DNA of 64,000 nucleotides. Source: Phyllosticta citribraziliensis (taxonomy: Eukaryota). The stretch lies in assembly GCF_038025025.1 (NCBI RefSeq), contig NW_027117338.1, forward strand, positions 1,674,001 through 1,738,000. The letters run 5' to 3'. This document shows, one piece after another, positions 1-10,590 of this stretch. The first letter of the stretch is position 1. Every line of letters starts with the position of its first letter. Below the pieces are notes generated by a model. That model was not told the DNA's origin. It ran no database searches and saw nothing but the letters and a program-made list of their open reading frames with translations. Position numbers and translations under genes: made by a program.

Positions 1-1000
1 TGTCAGGACTGCGCTGGGCGCGGAGCTATAGTTAGCATGTCACAGGCACACAGGCGAGGAGGATGAGGCGTGGTGGAGGTGTGGTGGAGGTTCTTGGGCG
101 ACGTGGACCTGAGAGGACCCTGCGCCGATCTCTCGCTTAGCGGGCGGGACTGAGCCGATTCCGACTCGTCGACGAAGCGAGGGAGGCGGCCTGGGCTTCA
201 GGTTGGTGGCTCCCCACCTCTCTACTCCGACCTGACCTGAACCACCTCTTCCACTCGCCCCACACCGCAACAAACACCTACAGCTGCTTCATAATGAAAT
301 CAAACGCATCATCCAATCGCTTTCCCGACATCAGTGGCTGAGCTCCAAAAGCTGCCGACCTAGTGCTGACTGCTCTCCCTTGGCAATATCCGACCGCTGT
401 CATGTCAGAACTCACCATCAGCCGCTTCATGGCTCCCGGCCCTGTGTCGCGCTCGAGCCCACGCCTCGAGGCTAGCTACGCGAAAACGAGCGTCTAGATC
501 TTGGCCTAGCCCTCTTGGTGCTGCTGATCCGCACATGGCGGTACCCGTTGACCACACTTGGGCCCGTTTCGTGCATCTTAGCTGGCTCTGTGGCTTGGGC
601 TACTTTGAGTACACTTCTTGGATACCGTTTACTCCTACTGAGCCCCGTGTCTCCAACCCATTTTTTGCACCTCGCCGCGTCCTTGGCCTTGTGAATTCTC
701 GACCAAGGAACCGTCCTCTCGGTTCAGCTCGAACGCGCTCCTTCGTCATGAGGCGGCAGCGAGACTGTTGGCCATGGCCTCCCATGGCAGTCCCGAGTGG
801 CTCCAGCCAAAGCACCTAAGCCCGCATGATACGGACTGCCGAATCCATTTTTACAGCACCGGCTAGCTTCCGATGTGCATGCTCTCTCAGCTGGCTCACG
901 TTTAGGTTGATTTGTTAAATTTGACCCGTCGCCATCGCTCGTCCACCTGCATCTCGCCAAACACGTCAATCCCTTTGTTCTTTGACTTTGATACTTGACC

Positions 1001-2441
1001 ATGTCTCCAGTCGCCTCTGTACTCGGCGGCCTCGGCGCCCTTGCTTTGCTGACCCGGCCCGTCCTCGCCCAAGACGACCAAACGCAGACATGTTTTACCT
1101 ACGGCATGGACTTTCAGGGTGGTGGCACTTACTTTCAGAACGTTGCCTCTAGTGACAACTTCACATTTGTACAAGAGTTTGAGGGTAAGACTGAATGGAC
1201 AGCCATGTGTGGCAGTTGCTGATGCATGTCTAGGTTGCAAGAATGACGCTGCGTTGAACTTCCTCGTCGACCCCAACGGCAACCAGATTCAGTGTTCTTC
1301 GACACCGCTGCAGCCTGACGATGCGGACCAAATGTCGACATGGTGCGTTGCTCAACATCATCAGCCAGGCTAACGCTAACATGCCCAGTCCAATCACCAA
1401 GAGCAAATTGATTTCCGGAGCCTGGTCCATTCTCATCATGAGCAACAACGGAAAGGCTCCAGATGCAGGCCTTCCCATTGCCTACGAGCGTGACTTTAGC
1501 CTGACGGTTGGGCCACAACTGACTACGACTGTGAGTACTTATATTTCTCTTCCAGGACATGGCCTGACGTTCCTCAGTACACACCAACCGTCACTTCAAC
1601 AACTGTGATTCCTTCCATCGTCAACTCCACCACGACCTCGACGTCCCTCGTCTCAAAGACTCTCGCTGCTTCTACGGTTGTTGCACCTTCGACTACGCTT
1701 CAAAGGACCGTGACCATCACTCCGAAGGAGGTTATTGTCACCAAGACCACTGCCCTTCTTACCATTACGATCCCCAGCTTGTCCCTCTCGGTTTCCAAGG
1801 CCGTGGTCACGCAGACTGCCACCTGTATTCTCCCTACCAAGCCGCAAATTCCCGATCCTTTCGCCCACATTTGGCCCAAGTTCCCCACCGCAAAGTCCAT
1901 CATGAGTGCTGCTTCCGCCGCAGCCACTCCCACTTCGGCCAAATTTCGCTTCGTCAAGGGCCGTGGTCTGGTCCATGATGATCTCCCCAAGTGGCTGGAA
2001 GAACGCGAGGCTCGCCTGGCTGCTGCCCAAGAATTGGACAAGCGTGCCCCTGACCCGCAGCCATTGACCGTCACCGAGCAGGATACGACCAAGTGGGTCA
2101 CCGTGACTTCGACCAGCATGGCTCCCCCAGTCACCAACATCGTCAATGCCACCGTTGTCAGCACCACCATGATCCAGCCTCCCGCTGTTGTTGTCCTCAG
2201 CGGCCGGACAACTCTGACTCCTGCGACCATTACCGCCCCCACACCGACTACCACCAAGCTCTCGCTCACCATTGCAAAGACGACCCAGACATTCATCCAG
2301 ACTGTTCCGTACGTCAACTATTTTGTTCTTGAAATCGTTCCTGCTGACTAGAATAGCGTCACCGTTACCACCACGATTACCCCGGCCGCCGTCAAGACCC
2401 AGTGCCGCCAAGCTGGTGGCATTTTGAACAAGCTGTTCTAA
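1001..2441 (+). CDS. Secreted Thr-rich fungal protein of unknown function (5 exons)
   Basis: ATG 1001 with a signal peptide (MSPVASVLGGLGALALLTRPVLA|QDD). ORF pieces 995-1222, 1119-1373, 1321-1608 and 1605-2351 join through GT-AG introns with CTRAY branch points. Thr-rich body, Kex2-like LDKR|APD site, last exon ...CRQAGGILNKLF with TAA at 2439-2441. Confidence 0.85.
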
Positions 2442-4070
2442 TTTCCTTGCATTCACGACGAAACGTTTTTCCCAGTTTCCATTCTCGCACCCCAATTATA
2501 GATTCCGTGGATAGCTCGACTCGGTTCGCATTTCTCTGCGCGGCGACTCGGTTCAAAGTTACGGACGATGGTTAATCATTCGGCAAAGGCGGCGTTTCTG
2601 AGACTTTCATTGCGACAGATTTTCTTCTCGATACCATTACATGTTCCCAGCACATCGCATAGAGCATTGGGTCGCACGCTCCAGCTTGTCCATAGCATTC
2701 AAACATCACGTTGTCAGGGCGTTGGTGTGGTACAAAAGAGTCTAGCATGTATTAATTCCGTCATTCGTTTGATCTATCTTCTGGCCTCCTTGGTCCATTT
2801 GCAGCCGATTCAGGAGCGTCAACTCATCATCTTCCAACACCAATCTCATATCAATCTCAATGAGCACTTCTTAGGACGTTTTCTCGCCTCGTACTGCAGA
2901 TCAGCAAGCGGGATGATAGTGCAGCATGGCTTCGCAGGCTTGGTCTGACATATGCAAAAGCGCAGCGCTCCCGGTGCAGTGCTGGGTGTAGCACTAAGCT
3001 TCGGGACGCATTCCTGCCGCTACCTTCCGAGTCTGTCAGTCATGATGCTCTGCATTTGCACACGGCCTGCGGCACTTATGCTGCGCGCTGATCCTCAAGA
3101 AATTTGCCCTCGTTGCTCGGGACAAGGCAGATGCTGGATCAATTCATTCTGTGTCCGCAATCCCGTTAACTCTTCGAAAATCAACGACCAAGAGACTGAA
3201 ATCGACGCAGCAGAAAACTGAAAAACTCTCGAATTCGAACCGAGCCTACTAGCTCGACCCACAAGCTAAGCTTTGCATTTCTACCACCACGCTTTCGCAT
3301 GCACGTCATAGCATCATGACACAAGCGTTTCCGAGCAACAAAACCACATCACGCCACACACTCGACTCCACGACCACCGCCCAACCCCCTCGCTCTGCGA
3401 TCTCGAGGAAGAATACGCCAAGGATCCCGCTGCTGCGCACATCATCCACTACCTCTGCGTCCCATGCCCAACAACCACACGTCGCACCACTCCTTGTGCT
3501 CTTTCTCTCTCCCATCATCCATCACGCATCAGCCACCCCGTGTCCACCAAGCACAGCCGCAAGTAAGCACAAATACCTCGCGCTGCCTTCTGCGCAATCA
3601 TGTGGGTACGCGTCGTGTTTGAAGACCCACACGCGCACGTTCCGCGTCGTTTCGACCGTTCAGCTGCGGCTGTCAATTCCTGGCTGCGGCCGTGTCTAGA
3701 AGCGCAGTTGGCTGTCGAGTGAATCAGGAGGTGGGTAAGCTGAGGCTACTGAAACCCTTTTCACATCGCGGAAAAGGGAGTTTCGTTTCGCTCCGCTTCG
3801 CGCGATGCGGCGGCGGAGTGTTTGGCATCTCATATGTCCGTCTTATTCTGTTGCTGACAGGAGGAGTTAAAGCGAGCTGACAGGTCCAAACGAATGATCG
3901 ATCGTTTCTTGATGCGATGCGAGAAATCGGTGGCTTTGGCGTTATTTGAGTGCCCATTTACCGCATCAAAATTCTCATAGGTTCTGGGCGTCGAATTCTC
4001 TTCGTCGCTTCTTCGAATATTATCATACTCACTTGCTTGAAAACTAGAATATACTGACACACTGTGTGCC

Positions 4071-4204
4071 AAAAGAAACGGGATACCTTTGGTCTGGCTG
4101 CAGCATCAAATGGCTGCTCCCCAAGCGCGACCATGACAGCGAATGGATACTCCTTGACTGTGATCACAGTAGCGAATGAACGCTCCCTAAGTGCACTCAC
4201 ATTG
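4071..4204 (-). repeat. Degenerate 33-bp tandem repeat array, copy A (~4 units)
   Basis: Core CTCC/TACC recurs at 4084, 4117, 4150, 4183 (33-bp spacing). The minus strand reads gtgagtgcacttagggagcgttcattcgct...cgtttcttt. Confidence 0.75.
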
Positions 4205-4360
4205 CCAGAAGATCTCAATTCTTTCCATACCCACTGTGCTATCTGAACTTCTTGCTAGGTTGCTTCCATGGCGACTCTTTTCCCCGCAAGAGGCCCACTT
4301 CTTCGCGTAAATGCCCAGGTCGCCGGCAAGCCTGCTTGTCTTCGCAAAAAACGCACAAGG

Positions 4361-5632
4361 CTACAACTTCTTGCAGTAAGTGTAATGTAACAGACCTCCT
4401 GGAACTAGGGGTAGGGTTGAGGGAGGCGCAATCATCTTTGTCCCCTTCTTGCGGCGTCTGGGATTTTCTTCCGTCAATCTTTTCAACCGACTGGCACGGG
4501 CAGCCTTCTCCCACACTCCAATCTCATTTGTAGGGATCCTGAGTGCCTTCATCGTCGCAATGGACTTCGTGATTTCTGCGCCGAAGCCTTTTCTGATGTC
4601 ATTCTTCCGCGCCCTCCATTTCGGGTCGCTAGCCCGACGTCGCTCTGCGTCGTTGCCGCGTTTTCGGCGCTGCTCTTTTACCCACTCCGAATCGATGAGG
4701 GTCCCTTCTTTGGGTGTGTTGAAACCCTCCCTCAGCGGAATGGATCTGTTCGTGGGAGCCCATGGCAAGTCGACCTCGCTCCAAGGGCTGAGCTCGAGTA
4801 GGGTCTGCCGCGTCTATCCTGCGGCGTCGGGGAACGCGGTCTTGGGGAACGCGGTCTTCAGGAACGACTGGATCAGAGTTTGGAATAGAGGGCATGCGAC
4901 TCGCACCTCGATGACGGATGCCGCCGTTCCATCTTCCAACTCTTCTTACACAGCCACAAGCTTTGAGTCAATCCGCCTCTTCACGCCCTGGTCAAGCAGT
5001 TGATTCGGAAATGACTTTTCTGCGTGCTTGTAGTGGAGGTGCTCGTGTATGCGGTGTGAGATCCACCGGATGAGGCCAGTTGCTGTGCCGCCGTACGCCC
5101 AATTGGAGTTGCCTTCAAGCTCCTGGCCGCCAGAGATGAGCAAGAGGTAGCAGCCAAGTTCGTCTTGGCCAACGGCCATTGGCAGTGTGTCCAAATCCTT
5201 CTGCGTCGATGGGTTTTCGCGATTGAGTATTTCCAGGAATTCGGGAGTCGCCATTTTGTAGAGGCGCGCCGCCCAAAAGAAAGCATCGCGCTTGTGGAGC
5301 ACCTGATACGTGAAGAGCCACAGATGGACGCTGGCCAATGACAAAATGCCGGCGAGAAAGGCGATCAATCGATCGTAGAAGAGAGGGTGGGTCTCAAGGA
5401 TAGTGAGGTCGTCGAAGTCCTTGATGGAGACGTCCTTGGTAGTGTCCTTGTCAGAGGAGTTGGAGGAATCGAGCTCGATGTCGTCGGCGTCGTCGGAGTC
5501 AGAGTCGGACTCGGAGCAGTCGACTTCGTCATGGTCGTCGTCAGAGCATTTTTTCGTCGTTTCATCGGGAGGGTCGGTGTCATCGTTGGAGGAGTCGTGA
5601 GAGAAACCAACGTAAAGAGGTCGCCATTTCAT
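4361..5632 (-). pseudogene. GIY-YIG-like endonuclease pseudogene with acidic N-terminus
   Basis: ORFs 4946-5908 and 4361-4768 are in the same frame, separated by TAA (4946) and TAG (4814). The motif GCYLLL-x-WAYGGTATG-x-RIHEH resembles GIY...YIG...R. It is followed by WAPTNRSIPLREG and a basic tail. Confidence 0.55.
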
Positions 5633-5905
5633 CGACAGGGTCGGAGTGCCTGTCAACCATGAGAGGGTCGAGCATGATTCAGGACGCTGGTCTGCAAGAG
5701 AGGGCCAGCGAGGAGGATATGGGTGAAAGACTTGGGTGAAGACATGGCGAAGTTGGGGGAAGGCGGGCACTCTGGTTTCTTGCTCAGGTTTGGAGGGGAG
5801 GCGCGTTGATGGGGGCTGCCCATTTGGAAGCTGCCATCGCGACGACGACCCGCAGCCCCGCGCCTCCCCAGGGCTGCCATTGCCGTCCTGTGAAGTCTTG
5901 CCGCC

Positions 5906-5939
5906 CAATCTGCCTCTTCACGCCCTGGCCAACGAGTTG
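5906..5939 (-). repeat. Direct repeat of 4969-5002; remnant of a second GIY-YIG-like paralog
   Basis: caatctgcctcttcacgccctggccaacgagttg vs caatccgcctcttcacgccctggtcaagcagttg (30/34 identical). Minus strand translates HQLVGQGVKRQI vs NQLLDQGVKRRI. Confidence 0.7.
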
Positions 5940-6209
5940 GTGCAGGAACAACCTCATTCACGCTCCTTGTCGTCGTCCAGCAGTAAGGCCTGAGCCTTAG
6001 CGTCAGCCTACAGTACGTGTTTGTATTCTAGTGTAGGAGGCGGGGGTCTTCGAGTGATTCGCGCGGCAGCTCACACATTTCGGCGACCGTGGATTTTGAA
6101 TCCTGTTCGCCCGGAAATGGGCGAGACCGCACTTCCTGGCGCACTTGCGGAATCGAATGGGGGCTTATGGGAGAAATCAATCACGTTTCTGAAGCTGTCA
6201 TTTCCGAAC

Positions 6210-6275
6210 ACAGCTGCGCATAAGGAGCATTCATGAAGCATCACAGCGGCACTTAGGGAGCATTCGTTTATTGAC
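6210..6275 (+). repeat. Degenerate 33-bp tandem repeat array, copy B (2 clear units)
   Basis: acagctgcgcataaggagcattcat at 6210 and acagcggcacttagggagcattcgt at 6243. Shares gcacttagggagc exactly with the reverse complement of copy A. Confidence 0.7.
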
Positions 6276-9200
6276 ACACTGTCCGGCTCGAGAGCCGCCT
6301 TCTTTGTTTGCCATCTTCCCCGGGGACTTGGGACGGGTCCTCTGGACCAATCACCGAGCCCTGGCGCTCTTTCGGGTCAGGTCTGCCGATTCCGCAGGTC
6401 AGTATGTACTCATCGACCTCTGACAACACGCTGTCGGTGTCACTCTCGTCGTCGTCGTCGTCGTCACTCTCGTCAACCACGTACTCTGCGGACAGGTTCG
6501 AGGTGACTGCTCGGTCGACTTTGGCCTTCTTCAGCTGGTCTGAATCCTCCTCATCCGATTTCCGTTTCTTCGTGGTATCCGGGTGGCCTGTCAGCCATGT
6601 GTCCAGGAACTTGCTCGACTCAGAGTCGGTGTTTTGGGTCTCGTCGCCCTGCAGTACACCGCCATTCGCTGCATCCACGGTGTCGTTCTGGGAGCAAACG
6701 GATTCGCGCCTGTTTTGGCGAAATGGGTGTAGAGTCAGGAAGCGAAACGACTTAGCTTCCGCATAAGGGCATATTGCTCATTGACTGCAAGAGCCTTGAT
6801 CCTTGCGTGGGACATGAGGCTCCATCATAGACCCGGCTCCGACGCATCGAGCCTTTTCATCAAAGAGCAAGCATAGTCAACCATCATCGACACGGCGATC
6901 ACCTGGCGAGGGTGGCAAAGAAAGCCACATCAAGTTTGTACGCCATGAAGGGCGTGCCCCGAGTCGTCTGCGCGAGCATGGCACTGGTAGCAGCCTATTC
7001 ACTGCCCTTGAACACTGCACGATGTTCCCACGGCGAGGAAAATCAAGCACGCTGCGCTCTTGTCTCCCTTGCGGCATGCAAGCAGGCGTGGTCGGCAGTC
7101 TCTGGGCAAAAGCTTCGGTTGGGAATAGTCGCGAATTTCTTGTGGTTTGCCACCTGGCAGCCATGTGTTGAGCCCGTAGCCAATGTCATTTGCTCTCCGG
7201 CAACTGATTGCCGCCCTGGAGTAGCATTGGCCGAATTTGGTCGTCTAAATCTTCCGGATGGTCTCATCAAGAGTGCTGCGCCTGAGCATGGGCACCTCAC
7301 TGTTGTTGGACGCGTCGGCCCAGGTGAATTCTCGCTGCAAAATTCGTCAGTACTGTGGAAATTATCATGGGAGACCACTCAAAATCAGAGCGCAAGACAT
7401 CAGTTGCGACATTCAGCAGTAGACTTACTTTCGGCAAGGCGTCCTGGACTGCGCGATCCAAGCCCGGGTGACCACTTGCGGCGATCGTCGCGTGGTACTT
7501 GTGTGCATTGCGTCCCTCCAAGAACCTGTCATGGCTGTTCTGGGTGCTGATCTGATAGACGTACTGGCGGTGCCGTTGACCAAGTCTGTGCAGTCTACCG
7601 ACAGCCTGGATGGTGTAGCCAGTGCCGCGGGCACCGTCTGGGAGGATCATCACATGGCAAGCCAGGTGGACATTATGACTTGTTCCAATAATGCGAACGG
7701 TGGATACCAACACATCAAATTTCGAGGATTTCGGGTCGTTGAAGGTGGCCAGAATTGTCGTGTGATCTTCTCCGGGGCCATCCTGTCTGATGGAGGCGAC
7801 GGAGAGACCCACAAGACAGGTAAACATCTCAACCAATCTTTGAACATTGATTGCAGAGTGTTGCCGTCCGCGCTGGTCTTCGATGTCTGACGGTCCATGT
7901 CAGCCGACGAGCCACTGGGAGCTGCGGCTCGGGAGCATTCATACGTCGCTGTCAACTCCTCTGGAGCTTCCATACGCCCTGGATGATCTCCCTTTGCCTG
8001 AAGCCGTGGGCCCGGAGTCGGAGCCTCCTCTCTCGCCTCCCCTCCTCTAGTGTGCACATCTTAAGCAGTCCCGATTGCGAGAAACATATGGTCGTCAAAT
8101 TCAGACAGCCAGTTCGGGACGAGTGAGGCCGGACACACCACCAGGTGGGGCTTGTAGGGTGAAATGTTTTCCTCCGTAATGCGCTTGGACTCGGTTTCGA
8201 GCACGGCGAGGGAGGCCGCCGTCTTCCCACATCCGGTACCCGGTACCAGCATGGCACCACTGATCTCTTTCTCATGGCGCATCCGGTACATCCATGCCAC
8301 ACTCTTGATCTGTGTTGGCGTGGGCTTGAAAGGCAGCGCGGAGGTGCCTGTTTTACGCTCTGGCAACGATTTAGAGATGAACTGGGAGTACGAGCAAGCT
8401 TGCTCGTAGCTTATGTTGTCGAGAACAGCTTGGCGGTCTGGCTCTGCTGCCTTGAGGTCATATCTGCGTGCCCGGTCCACGTCCATGGTCTTGTCCACTT
8501 CCAGCCTTTCGTCCGGAAGCAGTTCACTTGACGCTGACGTCGAAGCGTCTTTCATTTCTGATTTGAAGATTTCCTTGGGATGGGACGGGGAGTCTTCCCT
8601 GGAGTGCAGGAAATGTGGTGCCAACGGGATGAGCCCCTTTTCGAATGCATCGTCCGCGATTTCTTGAAAAAGTCCCAGCGGTTGATCACGGCTTGCTCGT
8701 TGAACGGTCATGCTCTTATTCATGTCGCCATGGTATACTCCGAAACCCATTTTCCGAAACCAAGTCTTTGCGCAAGAAGAAAGGAGTCGTCCGTGTCCTG
8801 CGTCAGGTCTTTTACTTCCGCGAGGATCTTTCGAGTAGTAGCGTTGAGCTCCCGGAACGCTGCCTCGTCTGCAAACGAGTGGTAAATTGTAGCCTCACTC
8901 GGTACGGTGTGACATTCCGGCCAGGGCTCCCTCCACTTCGTGCCTCTTGCCAGTCGTAAGGTCGGAGCCGTCGCTGAAGACTACGACGGCAGTGTTTCCA
9001 GTCGACCCGATTCCCACAGTCTTTCTCGGCTTGTTGGAGAAGCCGAGCAGACAAACGACGCGATTGACATCTTCAAGATCGACAGTGCTGTTCGTGTTGA
9101 AGGTTTCTCCGATGTTGATGTTGGGAAACCTGGCTGGAAAATCCTTGATGACTTTGAGGACGCTGGTTGCACGCCCAAGTTTGAGACGCGTCGCGTCTTC

Positions 9201-9746
9201 TGCTGCCGGTGAGAAAAACGCCTTGTGAGCTGCGGTTTCCGGCCAGTCGATGCCTCCACGTTGCTGCACATAGGCCTCCACGTGGGGACACTCTTCCGCC
9301 AGAGCGTTCATGGTGTGGCCGACAAGGTAATTGTTGTTTCTTCGAGCGTCCTTGCTGTCCTTGTCTTCCTCGCCGTCTTTGTTGTCCTTGGTGAATTTAG
9401 TGGACTTGGTGGACTTCGACTTGATAGACTTGATAGACTTGGTGGAATTGTTGGCCTTGCTGTCATCCAGGCCGTTGTCTGTGAGCTGGTACCCCGACTT
9501 TTCTTTCAACCTGATTGCTGTGAAGTACTCGGCATTGGCTTCTCACCACTCTAGGAAATCCTTGTCCGTGCCGAAACCGAGATAGCCGCCAAGCATGGCC
9601 GCGCTGTTCATCATCTTCGAGGGGTTCAGCTCAAAAGCCACGTGAGAGCCTGCGCCGACGCTCCCCGTTGTGTGCTGGTACGGCCCCGGCTGGATCTTGA
9701 TGCGGCCATTCAAGTGAGTGGACAAAGACTCATATGGGAGCGCCAT
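6268..9746 (-). pseudogene. SNF2-family helicase-like pseudogene (paralog B), internally deleted; 3' end approximate
   Basis: Fragments align by eye to the + strand paralog: LGGYLGF N-terminus, Walker A-like GAMLVPGTGCGKT, HLVVCPASLVPNWLSEF, FDVLVSTVRIIG, motif VI QAVGRLHRLGQ. In-frame TGA 9543, frameshifts near 8895, 8750, 8085 and 7840, TAG 7245. The Walker B/motif III region is missing. Confidence 0.8.
9385..9450 (-). repeat. 9-bp tandem repeat (KST/KSI units) in the N-terminal part of SNF2 paralog B
   Basis: ggtggactt/gatagactt units, translating STKSIKSIKSKSTKSTKFTK. Absent from paralog A. Confidence 0.7.
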
Positions 9747-10590
9747 GTTGGGATGGCTACCTGTCAGCTGTGCAAGATGGATAGAAGGAGTGGAGGGTAG
9801 TGGAGTAGGTTGTTGGAGGTTGAAGAGTTGAAGGGGAGCAGGTAGGGTTTTGATCTGGGCGTCCTCGCTTGACGGTCAGATTCACAAAGCTAGGCCTATC
9901 TAGGAAAGGCTGCTGCTGTCAGCCCCGGACTTCGCACCCACTAAGCCATTTACGGAATAGCGCCAGCTAGAAGAACCCTGCCCCCACGCGAAGATCAAAA
10001 CTGCACCTACAACCACTCATCCCATTTCCCTTCATTCCACCTGCTCTAGCATTACATCCTTGGAACTCTGCATCATTCTCCTACATGGTGCATCCTCAAG
10101 TGCCTCTCATCCTGAGCAGAACTGCCTCTGGCAAAAGGTGAGCCTACATCCGGAGCACCTGCGCTTCGTTGCGAACCTAAAGCTCTACTCCAGGCGCTTC
10201 TACCTGCCATCAAACTCACCAGCACCAGCTGCAGCGAGTTCAATCGCCAGGTCACGCGTTAGAAACGCACCGAATCCGCACTTTCCAGCTCTTACTTCAC
10301 TTGAGCTCGAGCCGAGGCCATCGGCAACGAGCCAGCAATTCCTTTCAAACTCGTTTTGGCCACCGGATTCACCTCACTTCACTTCAATTTCGCAACCGAT
10401 CAGCTGACCTGTGGACTCGCCAAAACTCAAGCTCCCAAGCTGTCGGTCATAGCTTAAGAATGCTCCTCATCAGTCATCGGTCAGAGCAAATGAATGCTCC
10501 CTGAAAACTCGACTTTTGTCAAGCCTGAAAACCTCGAGTTCTCAACCGCCCACCTCCCCATCGGCATTGCTCAAGCAAGACTCCCTCGTC

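Noticed and set aside
1653..2495. Long antisense ORFs (also 19078-19710, 46192-46896, 54081-54851)
   Set aside because: Shadows of codon-biased genes on the opposite strand.
4071..4204. 33-bp arrays as a CRISPR-like locus
   Set aside because: Units are contiguous and degenerate with no unique spacers, there are no cas genes, and the context is eukaryotic.
6268..9746. A-to-I editing rescue of the SNF2 paralog B stops
   Set aside because: Several frameshifts and loss of the Walker B region cannot be repaired by editing.
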